From assembly GCA_951406725.2 (NCBI GenBank), contig OX597823.1, positions 96,162,001 to 96,226,000 on the forward strand: a stretch of 64,000 nt of DNA, given 5' to 3'. The position numbers and the translations under genes were made by a program. Shown here piece by piece: positions 13,217-25,399 of the stretch. Each line of letters opens with the position of its first letter. Position 1 is the stretch's first letter. The notes beneath the pieces were generated by a model. It made no database searches. It was not told where the DNA came from and saw only the letters and a list, made by a program, of their open reading frames with translations. Source of the DNA: Octopus vulgaris. Taxonomy: Eukaryota.

Positions 13217-13649
13217 GTTTAGAGTGGAACAAAAATAAGGTTATAAGCAAACATACAATTAGTTTGATAGATACACATTTAAAAATGGTTTTGTTTCATT
13301 GATCTTTTCAACTAACGGTTTTTCCAATGACCGGTTACATGCAATGAACAAAATTCAGTATAAAATCATCTTATTATAAAATCGAAGACAACCTTACATC
13401 AAAAATAGCTTATAAAGAAGGACAGAGTCTAAATACCCAGGGTCAATAATTATTTGCAAAATATTAATCAATACATTAAAAGTCATATCTGTTAAAAAAT
13501 TTTTTCTTGTTGGGTTACATATACATTTAGCAGTATATGCACATACCAAACCATCTATAATATACATATATACACTAAAACATACACATGTACATAGCTA
13601 CATACATATACAAGCATATATAGACAAGACATAAATATATATACAAATG

Positions 13650-14333
13650 CATGAAAAAGTGCCACACCCTAGCCGCTGAGGGAACCTGTGGAAGAGGCAG
13701 ACCCAGGAAAACCTGGGACGAGGTGGTGAAGCACGACCTTCGAACTTTAGGTCTCACTGAGGAAACGACTAGAGACCGAGACCTCTGGAAGTGTGCTGTG
13801 CGCGAGAAGACCCGGCAGGACAAGTGAGTCCATAACCCGTGGCCTTCTACATGGGATGGAGCCAGCCTAAGTATGCATACCTTCCCTTCTTGGGACACAA
13901 AACTCTACTTGTGAAGACCTGTTGAGGCAAGTGAGGATCAGAATCGAAATCGATCAATGGAAATTGCAGATGTGTTACCAGTGCCGGTGGCATGTAAGAG
14001 AACCTTCCGTTTCGCGACCGTTGCCAGCACCGCCCCGTTTCGTGTCCGTTGCCAGCATCGCCTGGCCCTCGTGCCGGTGGCACATAAAACGCACCATCCG
14101 TTCGTGGCCGTTTGCCAGCTCTGTCTGGCACCTGTGCGGGTGGCACGTAAAAAGCACCCACTACACTCACGGAGTGGTTGGCGTTAGGAAGGGCATCCAG
14201 CCGTAGAAACACTGCCAGATTTGACTAAGCCTGATGAAGCCTTCTGGCTTCACAGACCCCAGTAGAACCGTCCAACCCATACTAGCATGGAAAACGGACG
14301 CTAAACGATGATGATGATGATGATGATGATGAT
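13650..14333 (+). mobile_element. RTE LINE 3' fragment with 3'UTR and (GAT)n tail
   Basis: KKCHTLAAEGTCGRGRPRKTWDEVVKHDLRTLGL; shared RTE 3'UTR ending GCTAAACGATGATGAT. Confidence 0.85.
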
Positions 14334-14385
14334 TCAAAATAAGCAACAAGAATGACTCCGGAGTCATTCTTGTTGCTTATTTTGA
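14334..14385. repeat. Perfect 52-bp palindrome
   Basis: TCAAAATAAGCAACAAGAATGACTCC/GGAGTCATTCTTGTTGCTTATTTTGA. Confidence 0.95.
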
Positions 14386-14531
14386 TTATAATCACCCCAC
14401 GGATTTTTATGGATAACACCATACAGAATTCTGGTGCATCTTAATTAAGTACCATATTCATTTGAATCTAAATTTTTGCTGAACTTATATATATATATAT
14501 ATATACAAATGCATACACACGCACACATTTG

Positions 14532-16556
14532 CTAGCAGAGATGCCCGGCATTGCTCAGGATTAAAATGGAAATAGCTTGTATATAACATATTACAGTTAT
14601 ATTGAAACAGGTGATATGGGAGAATGCAGCATTGACAACAAAACATTTGTGGAGTAAATGCCGGGCTAATCCGACTCAGTAACATGCTATGCGACCGTTT
14701 GGAGTATTTCAGACCCTAACCTGTTATGGAAAACTGGAGATGGGGGTTATGTGATTTTTGAACGCACCGAAATTTGCAGCAGTCAGCACTGTGTCTAGCA
14801 TCACTCATCATCTGAAATGTTAACACCTTCTTCAGGTTTGTTGCCCTACATCACTCATAAAGTCAATTTGGAGGAACTGTGGTTGTTCATTTGTGGGTAA
14901 GAGGGAACCAATGAGGTGATAGACCTGCCCATGAACTTTGACATCGATGTAAATTCATGTTTATCTATCTTCTTAGATGTACCAAACGATGTCATTTGAA
15001 ATACAGAGTTGTATTGTCTGATATTGTTCAGAAAATCCTTTCACTGGAGTGAAGTGCCTTCAAGAAGATTCATAAGAGTATTGCTGGCAATGTTATCTGA
15101 CCGCCTGAGCAACACATACCATTTGTTCCATTTGAAAATTTTAAAGCTCTACATAAACGACAATTTGTGCTCAGCACACCAATTTGGATAGAGTTATCAT
15201 TTTTATAAGAATGGGATGGATCTTGAGAAAATCTCATCTCTCTTCAAACGTTTGCCTTCGGTTTTCTACAATCCTCCTTGCTTTATACTTGTTTCTGGAG
15301 AGATTACATCTTTTCTGTGTTTCTCCCGCTCATTCCATAAAAATTTATTTGAAGAGAGCAGAAATTGAAAGAAGAGAAAGCGAAAAGGACAGAGAAAGAA
15401 AGTAAAAGATGTATGTACGTCTATATGAAATGGACAGGTGTGTGCGTGTGTGTGTGTGAGAGAGAGAGAGTGAGAGAGAGAGAAAGAGAGTGACAAAGAA
15501 AGATAGAGTGAGTGAGTGAAGGTGTGTGTCGTGATGATTGATGTCTTTTAAGGTACACACACATATACAGAAAGTGACGTCATCGTATAACATGTTTATG
15601 AAAGTTGATTTATGGAAAAGATTATAATGTTAAATTTTTGAAATGCAAATATGTGAATGGAAATTAAGTTTAATTTGAGCTTTAAAATTATCTCGCATTA
15701 CAATAGAGACATAATATCGAAATAATGTAAGATATAAGAGATTTTTATGGGTTTGCATTAGGCAAGAAGTTGGAAATTCTTTTGGCCCATGACACTGCAT
15801 TGACCTTCGCTTTTGTATTTGACGACTAAGTATTTTATTTCGATTTTATGTATATGTGTATGTAGAGGGAGACCTCTACATGGTAGCTAGACCTGGTAGA
15901 AATAGCAGCCAAATCTCCTTCAAAACACCCTACTGTCTTAATCCGACAATTCTGACTATTATGTAGTTTGAATGAGAAACTGTAACTAAAGATTAAGATT
16001 ATTAACCCCAAAAGGTTATGCGTTTTAATAGCAATCAATTTTTTCTCTTTTTTGCGTAGTTTTTCCTGTCAGCTGTAAAGGTGAAAAGGGTTAAGTTGGA
16101 CGGTGTTAAGTAGTGGAGATGTTGGGTGATTGTATGTGGTGGTTACTTTTGATTGTTTCATCTCAATTACGATAATTGATTGTTAACGAATCTTAACAGT
16201 GTGTATATACAACTTCAAGTAGAATCGGACATCAAAAGAAAGACAGAGAGAGGAAAGAAGAGAGACACCATAGCGACGGTTTTGGCTAACTGTCATCCTG
16301 TACTACCCTTTTTAATAGCGAAATGGTATGTGCTGGCTGTCTGAGTAAACTCATTGCTTTTAATGGCGGAAAATATAGGACAAAAAGATTACAAAAATAG
16401 AAATTTTCACTTTGAAACTAACAATTTTGAAAATCTTTTTAAATTACGGAATGCCCTGTTCTCTCATGTAGCCATGTTTAAAATTTCAGTGCGGTCAGAT
16501 GAACAATACTCGAGTTATAAGCGCACAAACAGACAGAACGGATATTATATATTTGA
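14532..16556 (-). mobile_element. Internally deleted Helitron
   Basis: Rep/Hel N-terminal relic GMCCSGGQITLP...FLNNIRQYNSVFQMTSFG (~14900-15150); 3' end CTGAGCAATGCCGGGCATCTCTGCTAG (hairpin-like plus CTAG); 5' A|TC start followed by CTGTCTGTTTGT. The 5' boundary is less certain. Confidence 0.65.
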
Positions 16557-16950
16557 TATATGTACACACACATGCACCCGCTTTAAAATCTCCTGGCATA
16601 TGCTTATACAAGTTAGTTGTTATAGGCGAAAGAAAGAGAAGTAAAAAAAAAAAAATCAGAGACTATTAAGTATGGGAAAAATAAAAGAAAGAGAAACAGA
16701 GAACTAGTGAGAGAGAGGGGGAAATAGATAGGGGCAGAGAGCGCTATATAATGACACCCGAAAGTGGCTTGTGTAAGAAACACACACAAAATTACATCTA
16801 TATCTGCATAAGCATAAATATACATACAGATATACACACATATGGATACGCAAACAAATATACAAAAATATGTACGCAAATACATACTCACATATAAAAA
16901 TATACACACATATACATACACATGCATATATGTATGCATATATATATATA

Positions 16951-17010
<60 letters not shown>

Positions 17011-17011
17011 A

Positions 17012-17728
17012 TGCCTCGTCCCAGGGTCTCAAGGGCCCATACCTCCCACACCCTCAGGGTTGGCACTCTCAACGTTGGCACACTGAAATGAAGGTCTGGT
17101 GAGATTGTTGAGATGCTTGAATGGAGATTTGTCGATATGTGCTGCATCCAAGAAGTAAGATGGAGGGGAGGTTCCGCTAGGTTCCCTACAGGCAAAGAAC
17201 ACACGTACAAGATTGTCTGGGCAGGGAACACTGACGGGGTCGGGGGCGTGGGTATACTTCTTGCGGAGAAATGGGTGGATAAGGTGATCGAGGTAGTCAG
17301 AGTATGCGACAGAATACTTAAGATTAGATTAGTGCTTCATCATGGGTTAGCAACCATTATCTCAGCCTATGCCTCTCAGCCGGGGCTACCGGATGGGCAG
17401 AAAGACCGATTCTATGACACCCTACTGCAGACTACCTTGTTGACGAATGACAGGGACCTTCTCTTTGTGGCTGGTGATTTCAATGGACATGTTGGACAAC
17501 ATGCAGGGGGCTTCCATGGCGTACATGGAGGCTATGGTTTTGGTTCCCGCAATGAGGAGGGAAAGACTGCTGGAGTTCTGCGATGCAAATGATCTTATGG
17601 TTTGCAATACCAACTTTAGGAAACCTGCCAAGTGGATGCCCAGAAGACAACCAGCATGGAGGAGAAGGGTCTGGAAGCTTAAAGATCCTGCGAATGGACA
17701 GGGATTTAGAGACATATTACTTGAAGCC
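17012..17728 (+). mobile_element. RTE LINE 5' fragment (APE endonuclease) with internal deletion
   Basis: LRVGTLNVGTL, CCIQEVRW, ISAYA, VAGDFNGHVG; near-identical to 25677-26550. Confidence 0.9.
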
Positions 17729-18138
17729 TAATAATACATATACATACCTACAATACATACACATAAATATATAGAGACATATCTACATCATAATGTATAT
17801 ATGCAAACAATTTTTTAAAAATAGTGTTCGGTGTGCATAATTTTGTAAAATAATGAAATTGTACATTAATTTGGTGTAACATAATTAAATACGTGAGTAA
17901 AAATAAAACTAAAACGAAAACTAAAAATAAAAATAAACCTCGGCAAAGCTTAAGCTTAAAATAAAAAATTTAAATATTTGAATTTTAAATTTTAGAGTCT
18001 GAGAGTAAAGGGTGGCTATGAGAGAAATCCAGGTGAGCTGATATGGAGACAGGGATGCAGACAGACACACCCAGGCAGCTTTACCTGTATCACTAGCTCT
18101 CTTTCTCTGTGTGTGTGTGTGTGCGTGTGTGCGTATGA

Positions 18139-18180
<42 letters not shown>

Positions 18181-18675
18181 TTGTGTGTCCATATTTGTGT
18201 ATATATTTAAACTATTCATCCCAGATTTGACCTGCGATAGAAGCACCTGTCAGTGTCCCAGGTATAGGTTAATTAGCATGTAAATCACTGGGAATGAAGG
18301 ACCCCTATTTCTTGTCAGAACTTCCTCTTAGGCAAAGGTAAACTTGTATAAAAAAGCATTGAAGTGCAGTTGGCTTCTGGTCATCTCAGCCTCTGTTGTG
18401 CCTCTGGTTTTATGGCAGTTTGCTCAGAAAAGTGGTTCTTCTCAAAACAAATCCATGCACAGGAACTTCTTGGATTCTCAGAACGTTTGCAAGGAAGTTT
18501 TGAACTTATGAAGTGGTCATGCTCAGTCACGAGTTAACATCCACAACCATATATACAGATTCATGCACTACACACACACACACACGCACAAACATATATA
18601 TAAAATATGCAAAAATGCAAAATGTAGTGCAAGCACTAAACACACCAGCATGCAGATACGACACACAGAACTTAC

Positions 18676-18779
18676 CTGTCTGATAAAATTCCACAGCTGA
18701 CCATGGCCAAAATGCTGCCCATGAAGTAAAACGTAAAGGTGTGCCTTGCCAGAATCGCTTTATCGCAAACGAGATTTAG
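18676..18779 (-). CDS. SLC22-family transporter, coding exon 3 (104 nt)
   Basis: tttctcattgcag acceptor and gtaagt donor; encodes LNLVCDKAILARHTFTFYFMGSILAMVSCGILSD(R), the typical SLC22 xxLVC...GxLSDR exon; phase 0 to 2. Not in the ORF track. Confidence 0.93.
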
Positions 18780-19175
18780 CTGCAATGAGAAATAGGAAAA
18801 CTATTTAATGTATACATTTCATCATTTTGATAATAATAATTTTGTTTTGGAAATGTAGAAACAGTGTTTCTTGGAAACCCCTTTCATAGTCAGTGTGTAT
18901 TCAAAGGACTTTGTTGTAAGAACAACTGTCATGTGACACTCCCAGAATCGATTGTATAATAGGGAAGGAGCCACTGTCAAAGGGACCACTGTTCATTGGC
19001 TCGGGAACAGTGCGAGTACACCCAGTAAAATTTGGTGGTGCAGGGGCAAAGAAAACGCTGTAAACGATCTCCTAAAAAGCTTCATCACCAAAACGAATGA
19101 GCATAAAATCATTTTTGGGTTAATTTCAAAAATTATCTTTCATGATTGAATGTATCCGAATTGACTGATGTACAA

Positions 19176-19286
<111 letters not shown>

Positions 19287-19690
19287 TTATTATAACTGAG
19301 TTTGTTTCAATATTAAGATTGAAAAAAGATTGAATTCATTTCATAAAATATTTTGGACCTGGGTTTGCACCCCTAGGCAAATTTCATTCCTGCACTTATG
19401 TCACTGTTGGTTGTTAATCCAGAATCTTTTGTGTGGAGGGACTTTGTTGTAAAGATTGTTTTCAAGAATTAGTCTCAGAATCTATTCTGACCCAGGAGTT
19501 ATATTAGAAAGATTATCAATAACCATTGCCAGAACACTTCACGCTATGGCGACAATGTCTTGGAACCACAATCAATATCCAGTCCCAACATACATTGCAT
19601 CATAGAGATGTACTTTTGTAGTAAACTCTATCAATAAAACAAACCCCAGAACTTATTCCATTTTCTTCACTCTTTCACCCTCTATATACG

Positions 19691-19823
19691 CAGATATCTC
19701 CCTGGATAAGATGGTGTCTATACCCAGATATCTCCCTGGATAAGATGGTGTCTATACCAAGATATCACCCTGGATAAGATGATGTCTATACCCAGATATC
19801 TCCCTGGATAAGATGGTATCTAT
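19691..19823. repeat. 34-bp tandem repeat, ~4 copies
   Basis: CAGATATCTCCCTGGATAAGATGGTGTCTATACC at 19691, 19725, 19759, 19793. Confidence 0.9.
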
Positions 19824-20847
19824 CTTTGTCCTCGACCTTGTCAACCTTGGATCTTGTAGGAATTATCCTAAACCCATTCTGCCAGTTGCCATGGTTTTCA
19901 TCAACTCCTTTGGTATTAGGCATAACCCTGCAACCTTCCATTTCCACTTTGATGCCAATTGATGACACCTTCAGGTCCCAACTGTCCCTTATTCTATGAT
20001 TTCTCTTGTTCAGGCATGAATTGTTGACCTTGGTAATTGATGGGATTTTGAAGGATGGCAGAGATTTCAGAGCTGTGTAAAAGAGCTCTCCTGATTGTTA
20101 ATTAGTAATAAAGTGACTGGTGGTTCCAGACAGTAAGAAATAGAATTTTTCAATCATCTTCTCTTCGTCTGGCATCATGGAACTTGATTTGGTTGGTTGT
20201 AAGTCTTTCTTGGTAAAGTATGTCTTGCAATCGGCACCAACGTTTGGGACTAATGTCACCAATGTCAGCTATAAATACTCTTACTGGGGGCTGTCCAACC
20301 CCTGGCTTAGATGAGGATCTCCCTTATTTCGCCTTCGTCCACTTGGTAACTATATTTATGGCAAGGGCTAACAGGAGAAGAAGCTGATGCTTGTCTGATG
20401 ATTTAACTCCGAAGCGATCAACAGTCAGAAATTCCTGAAGAAATCAAAGATCGGGTGGACACATAGTGATGGTGCAGTGTACATTCGGTTTTGCTTTTAC
20501 ACATGCATGCAGACACATGCGCACATATGAATAGGATCTTACGACTGAATTGAAAATAGAATTTAGGAGCAATGTATATAACAAAGATCTTAGTACAACA
20601 TAACAACCTTAGCTAATTTATTTACATTGATATCCCAGCCTAATTGTTTAAGCTATCCTCATTGGATACTTAACATATACACACAAATACTATATTCATA
20701 GTTCCCGACATTTGCGTTTCTATGTGTACATGTGGCAGTGATACTGCATTGGTGTGTACATCTAATATTAAGCTTCTCATGATGGTTGTATACATGTACA
20801 GTAATTGAATGCTGTGACCATGAAAAATCTTTCTTGCATGGTTCTGT

Positions 20848-21005
20848 AGGTGCAGGCATGGCTGTGTGGTAAGAAGTTTGCTTCCCAAGCACATAGTTCT
20901 GGGTTCAGTTCCATTGCATGGCCCCTTGTGTAAGTGTCATCTATTGCTTCAGGTCAACAAAAGTCTTGTGAGGGGATTCGGCTGACGGACACTGAAAGAC
21001 ACTTG
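20848..21005 (+). mobile_element. tRNA-derived SINE fragment
   Basis: AGGTGCAGGCATGGCTGTGTGGTAAGAAGTTTGCTTCCC...GGGTTCAGTTCC; same family as 497. Confidence 0.65.
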
Positions 21006-21069
21006 TCATATATATGTGTGTATATATGTGTGTGTGTGTGCATGTATGTGTGTGTGTGTATGTGTGTGT

Positions 21070-21108
<39 letters not shown>

Positions 21109-21138
21109 TGTGTGTATGTGTGTGTGTGTATGTGTGTG

Positions 21139-21505
21139 AGGCGCAATGGCTCAGTAGTTAGGGCAGTAGACTCGCGGTCATAGGATTGCAGTTTCAATTC
21201 CCAGACCGGGTGTTGTGAGTGTTTATTGAGCAAAAACCCCTAAACCTCCATGAGGCTCCAGCAAGGGGTGGTGGCAAACCTTGCTGTACTCTTTCGCCAC
21301 AACTTTCTCTCACTCTTTCTTCCTGTTTCTGTTGTACCTATATTTCAAAGGGCCAGCCTTGTCACACTTTGTGTCATGCTGAATCTACCCAAGAACTACG
21401 TCAAGGGTACTCGTGTCTGTGGATTGCTCAGCCACTTGCACGTTAATTTCATGAGCAGGCTGTTCTGTTGATCAGTTCAACTGGAACCCTTGTCATAACC
21501 AACAA
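21139..21505 (+). mobile_element. Second tRNA-derived SINE family
   Basis: GGCGCAATGGCTCAGTAGTTAGGGC...GTTTCAATTCCC gives A/B-box-like motifs followed by a unique body; no intact tRNA cloverleaf. Confidence 0.6.
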
Positions 21506-21509
21506 AGTT

Positions 21510-24500
21510 CCAGACAAAGCCATTAGAGCAAAGGAACAGGCCTGGAAAGCCTGGAGGGATGGGGGTAGCAGGGAACTGTACCAGATAGCCAAAAGGGAGG
21601 CTGGTTGGCAGGTATACATATCCAAGGGTGAAGCAGAAAAGAAGAAGTTTGCCAATGTCCAGCGACGTGAGGATCAAAGAACTGTGGTATTTCGGATTGC
21701 AAGACAGTGTTTGAGAGAAAATTGTAATGTCACAGGAGAGAAATGCGTCCGCATGGATTCTGAAAAGAAAGAGACTTGGAGAAGCCATTATGAGAGACTG
21801 CTGAATGTGGAGAATGAATGGGAGGAGGAGAGCCTGCCAAACATTGACCCAGTAGAGGGACCAGCTATCCCAATAGACAGCTCCCTAGTAGATAAAGCAA
21901 TTAAGGGTATGAAGCCAGGAAAAGCCCCCGGCCCATCAGGAATCACTGCTGAAATGCTTAAAACATCTGGTGGTGTGGGCTATGGCCTAGTCACCTGCAT
22001 TGTAAACCAGGTAGTTCATAATGAAGTCATACCCAATGACTGGCGTAGCAGCACCATAGTCAAGTGCTACAAGGGTAAAGGTGATGCTCTAGATAGAAAT
22101 AACTACAGGGGTGCCAAACTGCTGGATCAGGTGATGAAGGTCATGGAGAGGGTCAGAGCCTATCTGAGAAATACCTAGCTAAAGATAAGCCCCTCAACAT
22201 AGATTTCGTGGACTTGGAGAAAGCCTTTGACAGGGTCCCCCGGTCCCTTATCAGGTGGGCGATGCGGAAACTGGGGATTGATGAATGGTTAATAAGGGCT
22301 GTACAGACATATACAGAGAGGCCGTCAGCAAGGTTAGGATTGGCAACGAGTATAGTGAATAATTCCGGGTAGAAGTAGGGGTCCACCAAGGTTCAGCGCT
22401 CAGTCCCTTTTATTCATCATAGTCCTCCAGGCAATAACAGAGGAATTCAAAACGGGTTGCCCCTGGGAGATCCTCTATGCTCAGAGTGAAAGGTAGATTG
22501 TACGACGCATGTGAGTGAACTGCCATGCTTCACGGTAGTGAAACATGGGCTGTGACTGCAGAGGTCATGCATAGGCTTGGAAGAAATGAAGCTAGCATGA
22601 TCTGCTGGATGTGTATTGTCAGTGTGCACAGACGACAGTGTAAGCGCCCTGAGAGAAATGCTGGACATAAGAAGCATTGGATGTGGCGTGCAAGAGAGAC
22701 GTCTGCGCTGGTATGGTCATGTACTACGGATGGATGAGGAGAGATGTGTGAAGAAGTGTCACTCTCAAACAGTTGAAAGAATCCGGAGTAGAAGTACGAG
22801 GGACGTTCAATAAGTAATGCCTCTGACCCACTTGAAGTTGTTTGATCTAGCTGAAATTTTGCATGTGCAATCATTTATATCTCTATAGATTAAGTGGCAA
22901 ATTACAGCTCTGAATTAATTGTGGTTTCTGATTTACAGGTGTTTGAACCGAGTCAAGTGTGAAATGGACCCTGTTGAGTGTCGAGCAGTGATCCGGTTTT
23001 TGTATTTGAAAGGACGCACACCACGGGAGACTTTTGATGAAATGAAAGTAACTTATGGTGATGATGCCCCATCATATGACCTTGTAAAACGCTGGCATCG
23101 TGAATTCAAACATAGTCGGAACTCTGTGGAAACAGCTCCCAGATCTGGTCGCCCCTTCTGCCATTGATGAGGCATCTATCCGTCAAGTTGAGGCTGCCAT
23201 TTTGGAAGATCGACGCATAATTATTCGCCAAATAGCCCATGAGGTCAAGATTAGTACCGGGTCTGTGGAAACTGTCATTCATGACCATTTGCATATGCAA
23301 AAGGTGTCTGCCAGATGGATTCCCAGGTTGCTCACGCCTTTCCAGAAGCAAGAACGCGTCGAGTGCTCGAGGGTGAATTTGGAGATGTGCCAAGAAGATG
23401 AGTCAAAATTTTTCAAAAGACTGATTACACAGGATGAAACCTGGGTCCATCACGATGATCCAGAGACCAAAGCCCAGTCAATGCAGTGGAAGCACCGTGA
23501 CTCACCTCCTCCAAAGAAGGCAAGGGTGCAGCCCTCCGCTGGCAAGGTCATGCTCACAGTCTTCTGGGACCAGGACGGAGTAGTGATGACAGATTTCCTG
23601 GCAAAGGGTACCACAATTACAGGAGCCTATTATGCTTCACTTTTGAGGAAATTAAGAGAAGCTATCAAAATCAAGAGGCGGGGCAAGATCAGCAAAGCAT
23701 CCTCCTCCTGCAGGACAACGCTCCGGTCCACAACTCGCGTGTCGCCAGATCAGAAGCACAGGTGTATGGCTATGAACTCCTCCCCATCCCCCCTACTTTC
23801 CTGACCTTGCACCCTCTGATTTTCACCTCTTCCCAATCATGAAGTTGTTTTTGAAAGGAAAGCGTTTCCCAGATGATGCAGCCTTGATTTCTGAAGTCAC
23901 GTTGAGGTTGGAGGACCAAGCTGGGGTCTTCTACAAAAACGGTCTCCAGAGCCGCATCAAACGATGGGAGAAATGCGTAACTCTGGGTGGTTCCTATGTA
24001 GAAAAAGACTAATAACTGTGCCAAGTTTCGTTGCTCTACTGCTATGGGAAGTGGGTCAGGGGCATTACTTATTGAACGCCCCTCGTAGACCCAGGAAGAC
24101 ATGGAATGAGGTGGTCACGCATGACCATCGAACATTGGGTCTCACAGAGGCTATGATGAAAGACCGAGACCTCTGGAGATATGCTGCGACTGCGAAGACT
24201 CGACAAATAACGTGAATTCATGGCTGTTTCCTGCACCAGCTTCACATAGAAGCCCCAGCCTATCCAAAGTGCCTTGGATCGCAGGACGGCCTGCTGTGCT
24301 TACCTTGGATCGTTGGGTGACTTGCTGTGCTTGAGGAGACCTATTGAGTCAAGTACATCAACATCAAAAAATCAAATGAAAATTGTAGTTGTGATACCTG
24401 TGCTGGTGGCACGTGAAAAGCACCATCCGAACGTGGCTGATGCCAGTGCCACCTTGACTGGCTTCCGTGCCGATGGCACGTAAAGAGCACCAACCGATCG

Positions 24501-24723
24501 TGGCCATTGCTAGCCTCCCCTGTCACCTGTGCCGGTGGCACGTAAAAAACACCCACTACACTCACGGAGTGGTTGGCGTTAGGAAGGGCATCCAGCTGTA
24601 GAAACACTGCCACACCAGACTGGAGCCTGGTGCAGCCTCCTGGCTTCCCAGACCCCGGTCAAACTGTCCAACCCATGTTGGCATGGAAAACGGACGTTAA
24701 ACGATGATGATGATGGTGATGAT
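21510..24723 (+). mobile_element. RTE LINE (RT to 3' tail), internally deleted and interrupted by a mariner
   Basis: GKAPGPSGITAEML, NYRG, FVDLEKAFDRVP, MLHGSETW, RRLRWYGHV; the ORF resumes after the mariner as RPRKTWNEVV; (GAT)n tail. Confidence 0.9.
22797..24085 (+). mobile_element. Full-length mariner (DD34D), transposase frameshifted
   Basis: TIRs CGAGGG(G/A)CGTTCAATAAGTAATGCC; TA on both sides; WIPRLL, TQDETW, QDNA...PDLAPSD with 34 residues between D2 and D3 (counted); two frameshifts. Confidence 0.95.
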
Positions 24724-24745
24724 ATATATATATATATATATATAA

Positions 24746-24788
<43 letters not shown>

Positions 24789-24793
<5 letters not shown>

Positions 24794-25033
24794 AATGGAG
24801 GAAAAATAACAATGAGAAGTGGGTCTTTGGTGCTAAAAACCATTATTTAATTAGTTAAGAAAGGTAAGAGTGAGTTTACAGCTGTTTCTGTGTACTTTGC
24901 TGTATTTACCTCAGCATGGTACACAGAAACAGCTGTAAACTCACTCTTACTCTCACCTTGCTTAACTAATTAAATAATGGCATTTTTTAGCACCAAAGAC
25001 CCATTTCTCATTGTTATTTATCCTCCATTTCTT
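24789..25033. repeat. ~245-bp fold-back repeat carrying the 3' half of a hammerhead (GAAACAGCTGTA)
   Basis: Arms AAGAAATGGAGG...TTACAGCTGTTTCTGTGTAC and GTACACAGAAACAGCTGTAA...CCTCCATTTCTT; the CUGANGA half could not be identified. Confidence 0.75.
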
Positions 25034-25399
25034 ATTACCTATACACGCATGAAACTACGGTTTACGTTTTGAATTACCCGCGGATGTATACCTTATATCA
25101 AGGACCATACCTGCTGAGGTAATTACCAGGAGTGCCTCTGGATACATTTATCCCTTAGAGGATTTAAACACCTCTACTTATACCTCCCGTTCATGTGCTC
25201 CTGTTTCTGCGTAGATCATAAGCCCCCACCCATTCGTTCCTTATTATCTATCTATTTCCTTACCATGTAAACATAGTTCCGATAGCTTCGTCTCTCTTGT
25301 TTGTCTTAAGGTCATGCATATCCGTTAATCACCATATTTTATTTATTTTATTCAAGTTTATCGTTTCGTTAATTCATTCTCTCTAAATTTGTCTAACCA

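Noticed and set aside
19691-19823. 34-bp repeats as a CRISPR array
   Set aside because: Directly tandem, with no spacers.
21139-21215. tRNA genes here and at ~497, ~10672 and ~20848
   Set aside because: No complete cloverleaf, and each is followed by a SINE body.
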